From contig PJMF01000003.1 in NCBI GenBank assembly GCA_003173865.1, forward strand, positions 1 through 62,770: a stretch of 62,770 bases of DNA. The letters are read 5' to 3'. Shown here in pieces: positions 44,651 to 54,336 of this stretch. A program made the translations under genes and the position numbers. The stretch's first letter is position 1. Every line of letters begins with the position of its first letter. The notes under the pieces were generated by a model. That model saw nothing but the letters and a program-made list of their open reading frames with translations. It ran no database searches and had not been told where the DNA came from. The DNA is from Minisyncoccota bacterium (lineage in GTDB: Bacteria > Patescibacteriota > Microgenomatia > UBA1400 > PJMF01).

Positions 44651-45879
44651 AAATTAATTTTGAAAAACCTACGCTTTCCGATTTTAACGATATTGACTTC
44701 CGCTGTTATTATATTTTGATTCGGATCAGTTGGCTTGTCACCTTCAGTTTTACCAGGGTTAATGAGTTCAATTCCGCGCTGTTCTAATAATCGTTTGATG
44801 TTACTACTACTCTCTTCTGGTAAACATTTTTTAATTAAATCAATGACTTTCAATTCTGTTTCGGTCACAGAAACAACTTCCATTTCAACCGGCAGCTGTT
44901 TTTGTTGCACTGTTTGTTCGAAGTGAATTTGGGCTGCATTTGCCAGTGATGCATCGTGATATGTGGTGGTAATGGTGCGCGCCAAACGTTTTTTGAACTC
45001 CATCGGATTTGTGCCATTTTCCATTTCATTTTGCATTACTTCAATTGACTGAAGTGGTTCGTCAGTAAGTAAAGTGAAGTACTCAATGATGAGATTGTCG
45101 CTAATAGACATGAGTTTCCCATACATGTCATTTGGTGTTTCGGTGAGCGCAACGTAGTTACCGTAACTCTTACTCATTTTGCGACCATCAGTGCCGTTAA
45201 TAATTGGTGTAGTGAGAACCCATTTCTCGCGATTGTTGTAGACGCGTTGCAAATGACGACCCATCATCATGTTAAATGTTTGATCAGTGCCCCCGAGCTC
45301 TAAGTCAACGTCCATTGCGACGGAGTCGTATCCTTGCATGAGTGGATACATAATTTCGTGCCCGTGAATGGGCAAGCCAGCTTTGATGCGATCTTGAAAC
45401 ATGTCGCGTTCGATGAGCTGTTGAATGGTTGTTTGCGCCATCAATTTAATAATGTCAACGTATGACAATTTATCTAACCAATCGCCGTTATAACGAATGT
45501 GAATTTTGTCAAAATCCAGAATTTTGCTTGCTTGCGCCTTCCAGTTTTTAAAGTTTTCTTGAATTTGTTCGTCGGTTAATACAGGGCGTGTCGTGTCTCT
45601 GCCCGTTGGATCTCCAATGCGCACCGTGCCGTTGCCGATGAGTAAAATAACTTCATGTCCGAGATCAGCGAATTGCTGCATCTTGCGCAGAAGGACAGCA
45701 TGTCCAAGTGTGAGAAACGCACCTGTGGGATCAATTCCTAAGTAGAGTCGAATCTTTTTCTTGGACATTAACTCGGCAAGTGTTTGTGCGGATGGCAATA
45801 CTTCGGCCACGCCGCGGGTAAGGACTTCTGGAAGTTGTGATGTTGGATCGGAGTTTTGCATACGCTTGATTTTACTCAA
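44647..45879 (-). CDS. tyrS: tyrosine--tRNA ligase
   Basis: 410 aa with a HIGH-region variant (TLGHAVLL), KMSKS, and a C-terminal S4-like domain. The start could be TTG 45879 or ATG 45861. Confidence 0.93.
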   Translation of the reverse strand: MSKIKRMQNSDPTSQLPEVLTRGVAEVLPSAQTLAELMSKKKIRLYLGIDPTGAFLTLGHAVLLRKMQQFADLGHEVILLIGNGTVRIGDPTGRDTTRPVLTDEQIQENFKNWKAQASKILDFDKIHIRYNGDWLDKLSYVDIIKLMAQTTIQQLIERDMFQDRIKAGLPIHGHEIMYPLMQGYDSVAMDVDLELGGTDQTFNMMMGRHLQRVYNNREKWVLTTPIINGTDGRKMSKSYGNYVALTETPNDMYGKLMSISDNLIIEYFTLLTDEPLQSIEVMQNEMENGTNPMEFKKRLARTITTTYHDASLANAAQIHFEQTVQQKQLPVEMEVVSVTETELKVIDLIKKCLPEESSSNIKRLLEQRGIELINPGKTEGDKPTDPNQNIITAEVNIVKIGKRRFFKINL

Positions 45880-45932
45880 TATTTATTTTTTCTGTAGGTG
45901 GAGTTGGATTGTTGTTTTTTGCTTATATCCTG

Positions 45933-46098
45933 AAGTTGTCTAAATGTTGCTAAAAAGTAGTTTATATTGGAGACTTTTGAACGACTTTTAGATAAGTATG
46001 CAAAAAGTCTCCCTAAAGTGATCAAAAAGTAGTCCATTTTTTCTACTTTTAAGAAACTTCAGGATGTAGCACAAAAACATGTATCCCCACTAACTGAT
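45933..46098 (+). repeat. intergenic repeat family, copy C (about 166 bp)
   Basis: It lies in the divergent tyrS/PBP intergenic region. It aligns with copies A and B and contains the inverted repeats GGAGACTTTT...AAAAGTCTCC and AAAAGTAG...CTACTTTT. Confidence 0.7.
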
Positions 46099-46213
46099 TC
46101 CATACGTCGGTGTTCGAATCCAAACCAAAACCCCTTTCGGCGGGGGTGAGAAAAACCAACTGTCACAGTGAATAGTGCGCAAGGATCTATGTTATTTGTT
46201 ACAATAAGTCACC

Positions 46214-48874
46214 ATGGAAATTCATTTGACTGCTGTGCACAATTTCTGGAAAGGTATCGCTCCCTTTGCTCGTCTTTCTCCGGCTGAACGGCGTTTGCGA
46301 ATCATGAAAATTCTTCGTATTGCGGCGATTGCGTCAGTTCTCGCAGTCATCGCCGGTGTAGTAGCTTTTTTCGTAGTATTCGCTTGGGTTTCAAAAGATT
46401 TGCCGGAATCAGGAAAGATTATTCGTCATGATGGATTTAGTACCAAGTTATTTGATCGTAATGGCAAACTGCTTTACGATTTATATGCGGACCAACGCCG
46501 CGATCCGGTCACGATCGATCAAATTCCAAAGTACCTCCAGCAAGCAACAGTTTCTGTCGAAGACAAAGATTTTTACAATCATCAAGGAGTGGATCCGTTA
46601 ACGCCATTTCGGATTGCGTATAACTTTGTGTTTCGCGGAGGTCGCGTCGTGGGTGGCTCAACATTAACGCAGCAATTAGTGAAAAATGTTTTACTCACAA
46701 ATGAACGCTCAATTTTACGTAAATTTAAAGAACTCATTTTAGCTCTCCAAATTGAACGTAAATTCACGAAAGACCAGATTCTCGAAATGTACCTTAATGA
46801 GGCTCCCTATGGTGGTAACTCAGCAGGTGTGGGTGCTGCGTCGCAGATGTACTTTGGCAAACCTGTTTCACAATTAACTTTAGCAGAGTCAGCAGTCCTC
46901 GCTGGTTTACCACAATCACCCACGCACTACTCGCCTTTTGCTGGTCACAAAGATAATACTGGTATGCCGTTGTGGAAAAACCGCGCGCTTGGTGTGTTGC
47001 GCCGCATGCATGAAGATAACTACATTAATCAATCGCAGTATGATACTGCGGCAAAAGATCTTGATACTCTTCAATTCCAATCACCCGAAACACAAATTCT
47101 GGCTCCCCACTTTGTTTTCTATGTGAAAGATTTACTTGAAAAACAATTTGGCCAAAACTTGGTGGAGCGCGGTGGCTTACAAGTTACTACCACGCTCGAC
47201 CTCGATCTCCATCAAAAAGCACAGCAAATCGTCGCTGACGAAGTGGCAAAAGTGCATACGAGTTTGAACATCGGCAATGGGGCGGCCATGGTGATGAATC
47301 CCCAAACAGGCGAGATTCTGAGTATGGTTGGGAGTATTGGGTATAATAATAAAGACGTTGATGGCAAGTTTAATATTGCGGTCGATGCGTTACGCCAACC
47401 TGGATCATCGATTAAACCAGTTACGTATCTTGCGATGTTTCGCAAAGGCTTTACGCCTGCCACGATATTAGTAGATGCACCGACGACTTTTTTCCGCAAC
47501 GATCCAAACGATAAAACTGAAAAAAAATACGAGCCGCAAAACTACGAGAATAAATTTTTTGGACCGCTGAGTTTACGCAATAGTTTAGGCAACTCCATGA
47601 ACGTGAACGCCGTCAAGTCAATCGCGATTGTGGGTGTGCAAAACTTTTTGCAGCTAGCAAGCCAACTTGGTTTTAATACCTTGCAACCCACTGCGGAAAA
47701 TATGCGTCACTTTGGTTTGGCGGTAACGTTAGGTGGTGCTGAAGTTCACTTGATTGATACGGTCACTGCCTACAGTGCGTTTGCGAATGGTGGCTTAAAA
47801 GTAGAACCAGTGGCAGTACTGAAAGTGACCGACCAAGAAGGTCGCACTCTTTACGAATATCATCACGTAGATGGGCCGCGGGTAATGTCGCCAGAAGAAG
47901 CGTTTCTCATTGATAGTGTCCTTTCAGATAACTCGGCGCGTCAAATTGCGTTTGGGGCAAATTCACTGCTAAACACAGGCAAAGCCATTGCAGTCAAAAC
48001 CGGTACCACTAATGATCGCAAAGATAACTGGGCAATTGGGTGGAGTCAAAATATCATGGTCGGTACTTGGGTGGGAAATAACGACAATACTGCCATGAAA
48101 CAAGTGGCTTCTGGTGTGTCAGGTGCCTCGCCAATTTGGCGTAAAATTATGAATGAGGCAATTACGGAAGGGTATAAAGTGCCCGACTGGAAAGTCCCAC
48201 CAGGGATTGATCAGGTTGACGTTGACAACATTTCTGGGTATCCCAAACATGATGACTTTCCTTCTCATCAGGAATACGTTATTCACGGCACTCTTCCCTC
48301 TTTACCCGATCCAATTCATCAAAAGTTAAAAGTGTGTAAAGGTGAAAATAAATTAGCTACTGATGCCAAAATCGCAGCCGGTGATTTTGATCAAAAAGAA
48401 TTCGTGCTCCTTCATGAAGACGATCCGTATAGCATGGATGGTGTGAATCGTTGGCAAGATGGCATCAATACGTGGATTGCCAGTCAAAGTGATGATAAGT
48501 TCAAGCCACCCACTGATTATTGTGGAGACAACAGTGATTTATTTGTGCGCATTAATCAGCCAAATGATCAACAACGCATCAACGTTGAAGATATTATTGT
48601 GGACGCAAATGCAGACTCCGGTGATGGAATAGAAAAAATGGAAATATGGATGGATAACAACTTAAAAGAAACGGTTAACGATAAAAATTATCACAACGTT
48701 ATTCACATGCCAGCAGGCCAACATGAAGTGTACGTCAAAGCATTTGCGCGGGGTGGAAAAGTAGCGCAAAGCGGCACTATGCACATCGGTACTGGTGGAC
48801 AAGATTGGCAGCATCCAACACCAGCGCCAACGAGCACTCCTACCCCTACTCCGAAGCCAAGTGGAACCCCATAA
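46214..48874 (+). CDS. class A penicillin-binding protein (glycosyltransferase + transpeptidase) with a C-terminal Ig-like domain and Pro/Thr tail
   Basis: 886 aa with a TM anchor, GT51 motifs (EDKDFYNHQGVD, RKFKELILALQIE), and transpeptidase motifs SSIKP and KTGTT. There is an extra ~190 aa at the C-terminus, ending PTPAPTSTPTPTPKPSGTP. Confidence 0.9.
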   Translation: MEIHLTAVHNFWKGIAPFARLSPAERRLRIMKILRIAAIASVLAVIAGVVAFFVVFAWVSKDLPESGKIIRHDGFSTKLFDRNGKLLYDLYADQRRDPVTIDQIPKYLQQATVSVEDKDFYNHQGVDPLTPFRIAYNFVFRGGRVVGGSTLTQQLVKNVLLTNERSILRKFKELILALQIERKFTKDQILEMYLNEAPYGGNSAGVGAASQMYFGKPVSQLTLAESAVLAGLPQSPTHYSPFAGHKDNTGMPLWKNRALGVLRRMHEDNYINQSQYDTAAKDLDTLQFQSPETQILAPHFVFYVKDLLEKQFGQNLVERGGLQVTTTLDLDLHQKAQQIVADEVAKVHTSLNIGNGAAMVMNPQTGEILSMVGSIGYNNKDVDGKFNIAVDALRQPGSSIKPVTYLAMFRKGFTPATILVDAPTTFFRNDPNDKTEKKYEPQNYENKFFGPLSLRNSLGNSMNVNAVKSIAIVGVQNFLQLASQLGFNTLQPTAENMRHFGLAVTLGGAEVHLIDTVTAYSAFANGGLKVEPVAVLKVTDQEGRTLYEYHHVDGPRVMSPEEAFLIDSVLSDNSARQIAFGANSLLNTGKAIAVKTGTTNDRKDNWAIGWSQNIMVGTWVGNNDNTAMKQVASGVSGASPIWRKIMNEAITEGYKVPDWKVPPGIDQVDVDNISGYPKHDDFPSHQEYVIHGTLPSLPDPIHQKLKVCKGENKLATDAKIAAGDFDQKEFVLLHEDDPYSMDGVNRWQDGINTWIASQSDDKFKPPTDYCGDNSDLFVRINQPNDQQRINVEDIIVDANADSGDGIEKMEIWMDNNLKETVNDKNYHNVIHMPAGQHEVYVKAFARGGKVAQSGTMHIGTGGQDWQHPTPAPTSTPTPTPKPSGTP

Positions 48875-48917
48875 ATTCGACAAATAAAGCGTAAAATGGT
48901 ATACTTGAATTCTAACT

Positions 48918-50639
48918 ATGTACCGTAAACTCGCTGCTTTGGGCTTCGGACTGATTAGCTTCAACTTTCTTTTTTTTCCATTTCGGGAGGGATATGTTCC
49001 TCAAGTTACCATGCCTGGTTTGGGGACGTTGTGGTTTTTCCTGGCAACAGTCGCGGCGCAAATTTTTCTCTTAATTTTGTTTTACAAACCGCAATCTTCA
49101 CGGAAACAACACTTGGCGCTTGGATCTTCCACAGTTGCTGTCTTGGCGAGTTTACTTGCGATGTATCACGCAAATGGTGTGGATCAGTTATTAATGAGTG
49201 GTGTCGCAGCGGGGGGAACTTTGCTTTCTCTTTATTTGTTCTCTTTAACTCACGATGAATTTGGTGCGCTTTCTGAAGTTGTATTTTTACCACTGCACAC
49301 CTTATTTAACTGGTTAAATGGAACTGATCGTGCTTTAAGTGAGTTGCCTGAACTAGGAAAAACATTTTCGCGACGACGAAAGATGGTTCCTTCACTGCAC
49401 ATGAACCAAGAAGTCATGTCAGGTGTCGTGCGTGGCGTAGTCATTGCAGTGCCAGTGATTGGAGTGCTCGGTTTACTTCTTTTGTCAGCTGATCCCATTT
49501 TTGCCCACATGGTGCAAAATTTGTTTCAATTTCAGTTGCCAAACTTTCCAACGTGGTTGGTTTATCGCACTACTCTTTCTGTGCTCTTTTTGCTTTTTAT
49601 TGCTCCCACAGCGTGGGTGGCCAATCAACAACGTTTTGCTTCTCCGTTTCAACGAGCTGGTCTAAAAGAAATGCGCGTTGAGTCTCTCGTTTTGGGCGTT
49701 TCAGTGGCGGCATTACTCGGCGTTTTCTTACTCATTCAGTTTCGTTATCTGTTTACAACAGTGAGTGAAACTGAACTTCACCAATTTGGAGTGCAGACGT
49801 ACTCAGAGTACGTGAAGAAAGGTTTTGGAGAACTTTTACTTGTATCAGTGATTGTGTACTTAGTTGCGGGCTTTAATATGGTGGTGCATCGAATGACTCA
49901 TGAAAAAGGTCAAGGGTTATTGAGGAAAATCAATGTCTTACTCTTGGTGGAAACCCTTATCTTTATTTTTTCGATTATGCGTCGGGTGTGGTTGTATCAA
50001 GCGTCTCATGGTTTGAGTAGAATTCGTGTGTACGGAATGGCTTTCCTGATCATGATGTTTATTTTTACGGTGATTTTAATTTTGCGTCACTATAAAAAAT
50101 GGATGGTGGAGTGGTACGTTTTGGAAGTTTTAACTTTTGTGGTGATTGTCTTTGGTGTGTTTTTTATGAATGTCGATCAATCAATTGCCACTCAATTTAA
50201 GCCGACGGTAAACGACCGTGTTGACTACAGTTACATTGTGCGTTTATCTCCCGATGCTATTGAGGGGTGGCAAGAGGCTTATGCGCACGCAAAGTCAGTT
50301 TTGATGAATCCAAAGTATGTCGTTTCTTACCAATTTTCAGAAGATGAAGTGCGTGAAGTCGTCTATGCCGGAAGTGTTGTAAACCGCTTGTCGGTCGAGC
50401 GAAATCGCTTGAAACAAAAGTATGAGGGTGTGAATTTTTCTTTGATTCAGGCTTTCACACCTGAAATCAAACAATTTAACTTTGCAGAAAATCAAGCTTA
50501 TCAAACCGCCAAGAACACAATTTTTACCCAGGAACTCGACACATTGCTGAATAAAGCTGAAGAGTTGAATAGCCTTATTGTGAGTACCAAACAAAGTGTT
50601 CCACTTGATCGTTCCACCCAAAGTCCGCTGGTGAGGTAG
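48918..50639 (+). CDS. large polytopic membrane protein, unknown function
   Basis: 573 aa with more than 10 hydrophobic helices and then a soluble C-terminal ~150 aa. It might belong to a DUF4153/DUF4173-type family, but I cannot verify that. Confidence 0.7.
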   Translation: MYRKLAALGFGLISFNFLFFPFREGYVPQVTMPGLGTLWFFLATVAAQIFLLILFYKPQSSRKQHLALGSSTVAVLASLLAMYHANGVDQLLMSGVAAGGTLLSLYLFSLTHDEFGALSEVVFLPLHTLFNWLNGTDRALSELPELGKTFSRRRKMVPSLHMNQEVMSGVVRGVVIAVPVIGVLGLLLLSADPIFAHMVQNLFQFQLPNFPTWLVYRTTLSVLFLLFIAPTAWVANQQRFASPFQRAGLKEMRVESLVLGVSVAALLGVFLLIQFRYLFTTVSETELHQFGVQTYSEYVKKGFGELLLVSVIVYLVAGFNMVVHRMTHEKGQGLLRKINVLLLVETLIFIFSIMRRVWLYQASHGLSRIRVYGMAFLIMMFIFTVILILRHYKKWMVEWYVLEVLTFVVIVFGVFFMNVDQSIATQFKPTVNDRVDYSYIVRLSPDAIEGWQEAYAHAKSVLMNPKYVVSYQFSEDEVREVVYAGSVVNRLSVERNRLKQKYEGVNFSLIQAFTPEIKQFNFAENQAYQTAKNTIFTQELDTLLNKAEELNSLIVSTKQSVPLDRSTQSPLVR

Positions 50640-50662
50640 CAGTTTTATTTTTCCTACAGTTT

Positions 50663-50935
50663 TTGTCATCTTCGGGTTGTATGCTCGGCGAGATGAACAC
50701 GAAATATACTCTAAAAAATCTCACTATTTTCTTTAAATCTAAAAATAGTAGAATTTATATTGAGAATTCTAACAAAATTGATCTTGCAAATAAGCTTTTT
50801 GATCTAGGAAATATGGCGCTGGCAGGTATTGTATTTGTTCAATTGTTACCGAACGCACAAAGAGATTGGAGATATATTTGTCTGGGTTTATTGATCTGTA
50901 TTATTACATATGGTTTTGGTTTTTTTATTAGCTAA
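50663..50935 (+). CDS. small hypothetical membrane protein (low GC)
   Basis: The track ORF starts at TTG 50663; ATGs are at 50681 and 50693. The C-terminal half has two hydrophobic helices (MALAGIVFVQLL..., ICLGLLICIITYGFGFFI). Confidence 0.4.
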   Translation: MSSSGCMLGEMNTKYTLKNLTIFFKSKNSRIYIENSNKIDLANKLFDLGNMALAGIVFVQLLPNAQRDWRYICLGLLICIITYGFGFFIS

Positions 50936-50950
50936 ATCGAAAGGAGCTAT

Positions 50951-51094
50951 ATGTTCGACACATTAATTTTTACTTATTTTGTTATGTTTGTACTTGTTTC
51001 GAGTGCTGGACTATATGGTCTGTGGAAAAAACGCAAAGAAGCAAATGAGTTTAAAGAGTTTAGGGGAACTTTTAAGAGAGTCATTGAGCTGTAG
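50951..51094 (+). CDS. 47-aa predicted membrane peptide
   Basis: It is below the track's size cut-off. AAGGAG sits 4 nt upstream of the ATG at 50951. It reads MFDTLIFTYFVMFVLVSSAGLYGLWKKRKEANEFKEFRGTFKRVIEL. Its 3' end overlaps the convergent Wzy_C-family gene by 14 nt. Confidence 0.35.
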   Translation: MFDTLIFTYFVMFVLVSSAGLYGLWKKRKEANEFKEFRGTFKRVIEL

Positions 51095-52283
51095 TGTGTC
51101 GCTGTGCCAGAAAGGCACTTAGGAAAATGAGAAGCAGTATCCCAGTTTGCTGGCTGATAATGTAGTGATCCAAAGCCAAAATTGGCAGCAGGATGATGAA
51201 AGCAAGTTGCACGCTTCGCCGAGCAACTAACTTCAAAGTTATCATTAGCCATACAGTTCCGAAGATGCCTGTTTCGGCTAGCCACAGCAGGCCAACGTTG
51301 TGCACTGGTTGTGTAAATCGGATGACTTCATCGCTAGGATGATACTGTTCTGCGACAGCGGTAAAGTTGTTCAGGCCTATTCCTTTGAGCGGATTATGTA
51401 AAATGATGCTGAATGCCGCTTGGTTGAGTGCCTGGCGACGAGTAAATGATAGATTGTCAGGGAATTTTTGACTGAGAAAGAAAATAACTATCGGTGAAAT
51501 GAAAAAAAGAGTCGCAAAAAGAATAAAAAAATTTCTGCGCGTTTTAAGAACTGGTGCCATTTTAAAAACAATGATGCCAACTACAAGCGCCATGATCGCC
51601 GATATGCACTGCGTCGCCCACAGTGCATAAAGACTGACCAACATAATACTACCGAACGCAATTTTTTCTTTTGCTCTGAATATTTTCCAGCGCCACAGCA
51701 GCATCAATATACTCACAACGATGAAGCCTCCCAAAATATTTGGATGAGCTGTCGTGCCGTAAGCAAGAATTTTTTCGATACCATTAAAACTGCCTTTGGC
51801 TAAAAGTAATCGATGACTTAAATTTGGTTCTCCAAAAAAAATATATGAAGGAAAAAAAGAGCGTTGAGTTTGGAATTGGTAGATGCCAATGAAGGATTGA
51901 AAAAGAAGCGTTGCAGCCAAACAATAGTTGACCGCTTTTGTATTGAACAATGAGCTCTGTTCAATCAAAAAAACAAGAAGTCCCAGCATCTCCAAAATTT
52001 TGGCAAAGTACCATATGCTGGCGAGTGGTTTAGAGCTGGTAAATTGCAGGCAGAAAAAAACAACCGTTAGTCCGATCCACAAAAGTTGTCTTTTGGAGAA
52101 TGCTTTTCCCTCCATCGCCAGTAATACAAAAATGATGAGATCACTCGCATAAAGTTTTGGCAACAAATAATCGATAAGTAAGCCATTTACATAAGCTTGT
52201 GGAGTTACAAACTTCAAAAACAAATTTGCTGGGATGAAAAAAATCAGCAAGCAAATCAGAATAAGTAAAACGCGTTGTTTCAT
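51081..52283 (-). CDS. O-antigen ligase / Wzy_C-family polytopic membrane protein
   Basis: 400 aa with about 10-12 TM helices and a central loop-and-helix pattern (AYGTTAHPNILGGFIV...) typical of the O-antigen ligase-like family. Its start overlaps the pheT stop by 4 nt. Confidence 0.75.
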   Translation of the reverse strand: MKQRVLLILICLLIFFIPANLFLKFVTPQAYVNGLLIDYLLPKLYASDLIIFVLLAMEGKAFSKRQLLWIGLTVVFFCLQFTSSKPLASIWYFAKILEMLGLLVFLIEQSSLFNTKAVNYCLAATLLFQSFIGIYQFQTQRSFFPSYIFFGEPNLSHRLLLAKGSFNGIEKILAYGTTAHPNILGGFIVVSILMLLWRWKIFRAKEKIAFGSIMLVSLYALWATQCISAIMALVVGIIVFKMAPVLKTRRNFFILFATLFFISPIVIFFLSQKFPDNLSFTRRQALNQAAFSIILHNPLKGIGLNNFTAVAEQYHPSDEVIRFTQPVHNVGLLWLAETGIFGTVWLMITLKLVARRSVQLAFIILLPILALDHYIISQQTGILLLIFLSAFLAQRHTTAQ

Positions 52284-54325
52284 TGAAGTTGTCCAACCAG
52301 CTTGGCTTGACCATCTTTTTGGAGCTGATTGACGACTTCTTGGCGGACGGGAGCAACTTCTTCTGTAGTAAGGTTGCGCTCAGGATGATGATACGTAATC
52401 GTAAACGTAACGTTTTGGGCATACGTATCTTTTAGATTGACTTTTGTGATCAATGGCGAGGATTGTTTGATTGTTTCAATGAGCGGTCCGACAGCAGTGT
52501 GTGGAAGTAACGTAAAGGTCAGGTCTTCAATAATTTCACTCGTTGCATCGATTGATTGATAGGTTGGGTGAGTATGGGCAACTTGGAGTAATTTTGCGAC
52601 TTCAAGCGTAACTGCAGTTGCTCCACTCTGCTGCAAGATACCAATTTCGCCAATAAGAATCTGATGATGAGTATGTGGCGCACTTGCCCATACTTCCGCA
52701 ACTTGAGTATAGAGATGAGTTTTGGGAGTGATCGGTGTAATCGTAAAATCTTTAATAAAAAGTTGATCTAAAAGGACTTCCAGTGCTCCTTTGACTTCGC
52801 GATACTCAATGCGTGAAAGCAAACTAAGATGCAGCACTTCATCTGGAAGTTGATCTGCACGAGGATGATATACATTTGCTTGTTCGAATACACAGAGTTG
52901 CGCTTTTTGTGAGTTTTGATCTAAAATTTCTTGGAGAGAGGGCAGTAAAGAACGTCTCAAGAAAACACGATCGTCGGTCAGTGGGTTCTGCAACTTTAAG
53001 TGTTCGGACAGTGCATAACCAGATTGCTTAGCTAATTCCTGACTGACCATTGAGTACGTATATACTTCTTGCCAGCCTACGGCAGCTAAGAATCGCTTTA
53101 TCCGTGCTTCAATGTGAAAGTTCGTACCTTCTGGTTTGACGAGCGGGATTGCCGTGGGCATCACAACACTTGGTAAATTATGGTATCCATAAATGCGAGC
53201 AATTTCTTCGATGACATCTGCTTCAATTTGAATATCTGGGCGAAACGTTGGCGGAGTGACACTTAACCGACTTGCTTTTAAATCCACTTCACATCCCAGA
53301 TCACTTAAGATTTGGTCAATGGTATTCACGGGCATTTCGATTCCCAAGTAGTTTTGAATGCGTTCGAGAGACACAGTGACTGGAGTTGGTTTTTGCTTCC
53401 CAGGAAACTTGTCATAGACTGGACTAGCAACGTGCGCATGTGTTAAGTACTGAAAAAGTTCGATGCCTTTGGCGAGGACTTCAGCTGCAGAGTTTGGGTC
53501 AACATTCTTTTCACTCAGTTGTGCGGCAACAGTGCGAATCGCGTGCGTCATTGAGGCAAAACGAATTTTTTTTGCATCGATATTTTCTAGCCAAAATAAT
53601 ACATTTTTCGTCCCACTATTAATTGAAGTATTTGCCGTGCCTTTGATTCCGGGTAAATCAATAATTGTACCTTCTTCATTTTCGTACACCACTTCGCCCC
53701 CAACCGTCGTGTAAGTCATGCCATCGAGTGTGGTGAATTGCTTCCCTTTTTCGGCTTGTTTAACCTGAATAACGCCGCCAAGTGCCATAATGCGGTCGTA
53801 ATCAAATGCATGACATGGATGTCCGAGTTCATGAGTAATGTAATTAGTAATGTCAATGACTGCATCGTGAACATTCATCTCAACTTGCTTGAGCCGTTTC
53901 GCCATCCATTTAGGTGTGGGCGTGCGTTCTGTGTGCGCAAGCACGACTGCCATGGTTCGTTTGCAGATATTTTTGTTATCAACAATAATCGGCAAAGGGA
54001 GTTTCTTGTGTGCCGCTGACTCTATTTCTTCTTGCTTATTTTTATTTTTTAAACGACTTAGCAAAGTACTTTTAGGAGTGGGACGCAGTGTAGCTTCTTT
54101 CCCAAATTGTTTGAGAATCACTGCTGCTTCCCGCGCAATTCCGCGCACGCACATCGAGTCCACTCTGTTTGTGGTAACTTCAATATCGTAGACAGCTTCG
54201 CCTTCGCGCTGATAAATACGTTCAACTGAAGGACCACAGAGCGAAAGATACTTTTGAATCTCTTCAGGGCTTGCGTTGGTATCAAGATGTTCGAGGAGCC
54301 AAGAATGTGGAATAAGGATGTTCAT
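52280..54325 (-). CDS. pheT: phenylalanine--tRNA ligase beta subunit (lacks the N-terminal OB/tRNA-binding domain)
   Basis: 681 aa containing B1, B3/B4, B5 (DVIEEIARIYGYHNLP), B6-7 and C-terminal B8-like regions. After LSLCGPSVERI it proceeds directly to YDIEVTTNRVD, with no OB insert. Confidence 0.93.
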   Translation of the reverse strand: MNILIPHSWLLEHLDTNASPEEIQKYLSLCGPSVERIYQREGEAVYDIEVTTNRVDSMCVRGIAREAAVILKQFGKEATLRPTPKSTLLSRLKNKNKQEEIESAAHKKLPLPIIVDNKNICKRTMAVVLAHTERTPTPKWMAKRLKQVEMNVHDAVIDITNYITHELGHPCHAFDYDRIMALGGVIQVKQAEKGKQFTTLDGMTYTTVGGEVVYENEEGTIIDLPGIKGTANTSINSGTKNVLFWLENIDAKKIRFASMTHAIRTVAAQLSEKNVDPNSAAEVLAKGIELFQYLTHAHVASPVYDKFPGKQKPTPVTVSLERIQNYLGIEMPVNTIDQILSDLGCEVDLKASRLSVTPPTFRPDIQIEADVIEEIARIYGYHNLPSVVMPTAIPLVKPEGTNFHIEARIKRFLAAVGWQEVYTYSMVSQELAKQSGYALSEHLKLQNPLTDDRVFLRRSLLPSLQEILDQNSQKAQLCVFEQANVYHPRADQLPDEVLHLSLLSRIEYREVKGALEVLLDQLFIKDFTITPITPKTHLYTQVAEVWASAPHTHHQILIGEIGILQQSGATAVTLEVAKLLQVAHTHPTYQSIDATSEIIEDLTFTLLPHTAVGPLIETIKQSSPLITKVNLKDTYAQNVTFTITYHHPERNLTTEEVAPVRQEVVNQLQKDGQAKLVGQLQ

Positions 54326-54336
54326 ATGTGTAGCGT

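Noticed and set aside
46109-46121. tRNA T-arm-like string GGTGTTCGAATCC in the tyrS/PBP intergenic region (possible tRNA fragment or att site)
   Set aside because: No cloverleaf can be built around it, and it does not match the 3' halves of the two tRNAs in the window. The nearby CCCC-TTTCGGC-GGGG hairpin lacks a U-tract.
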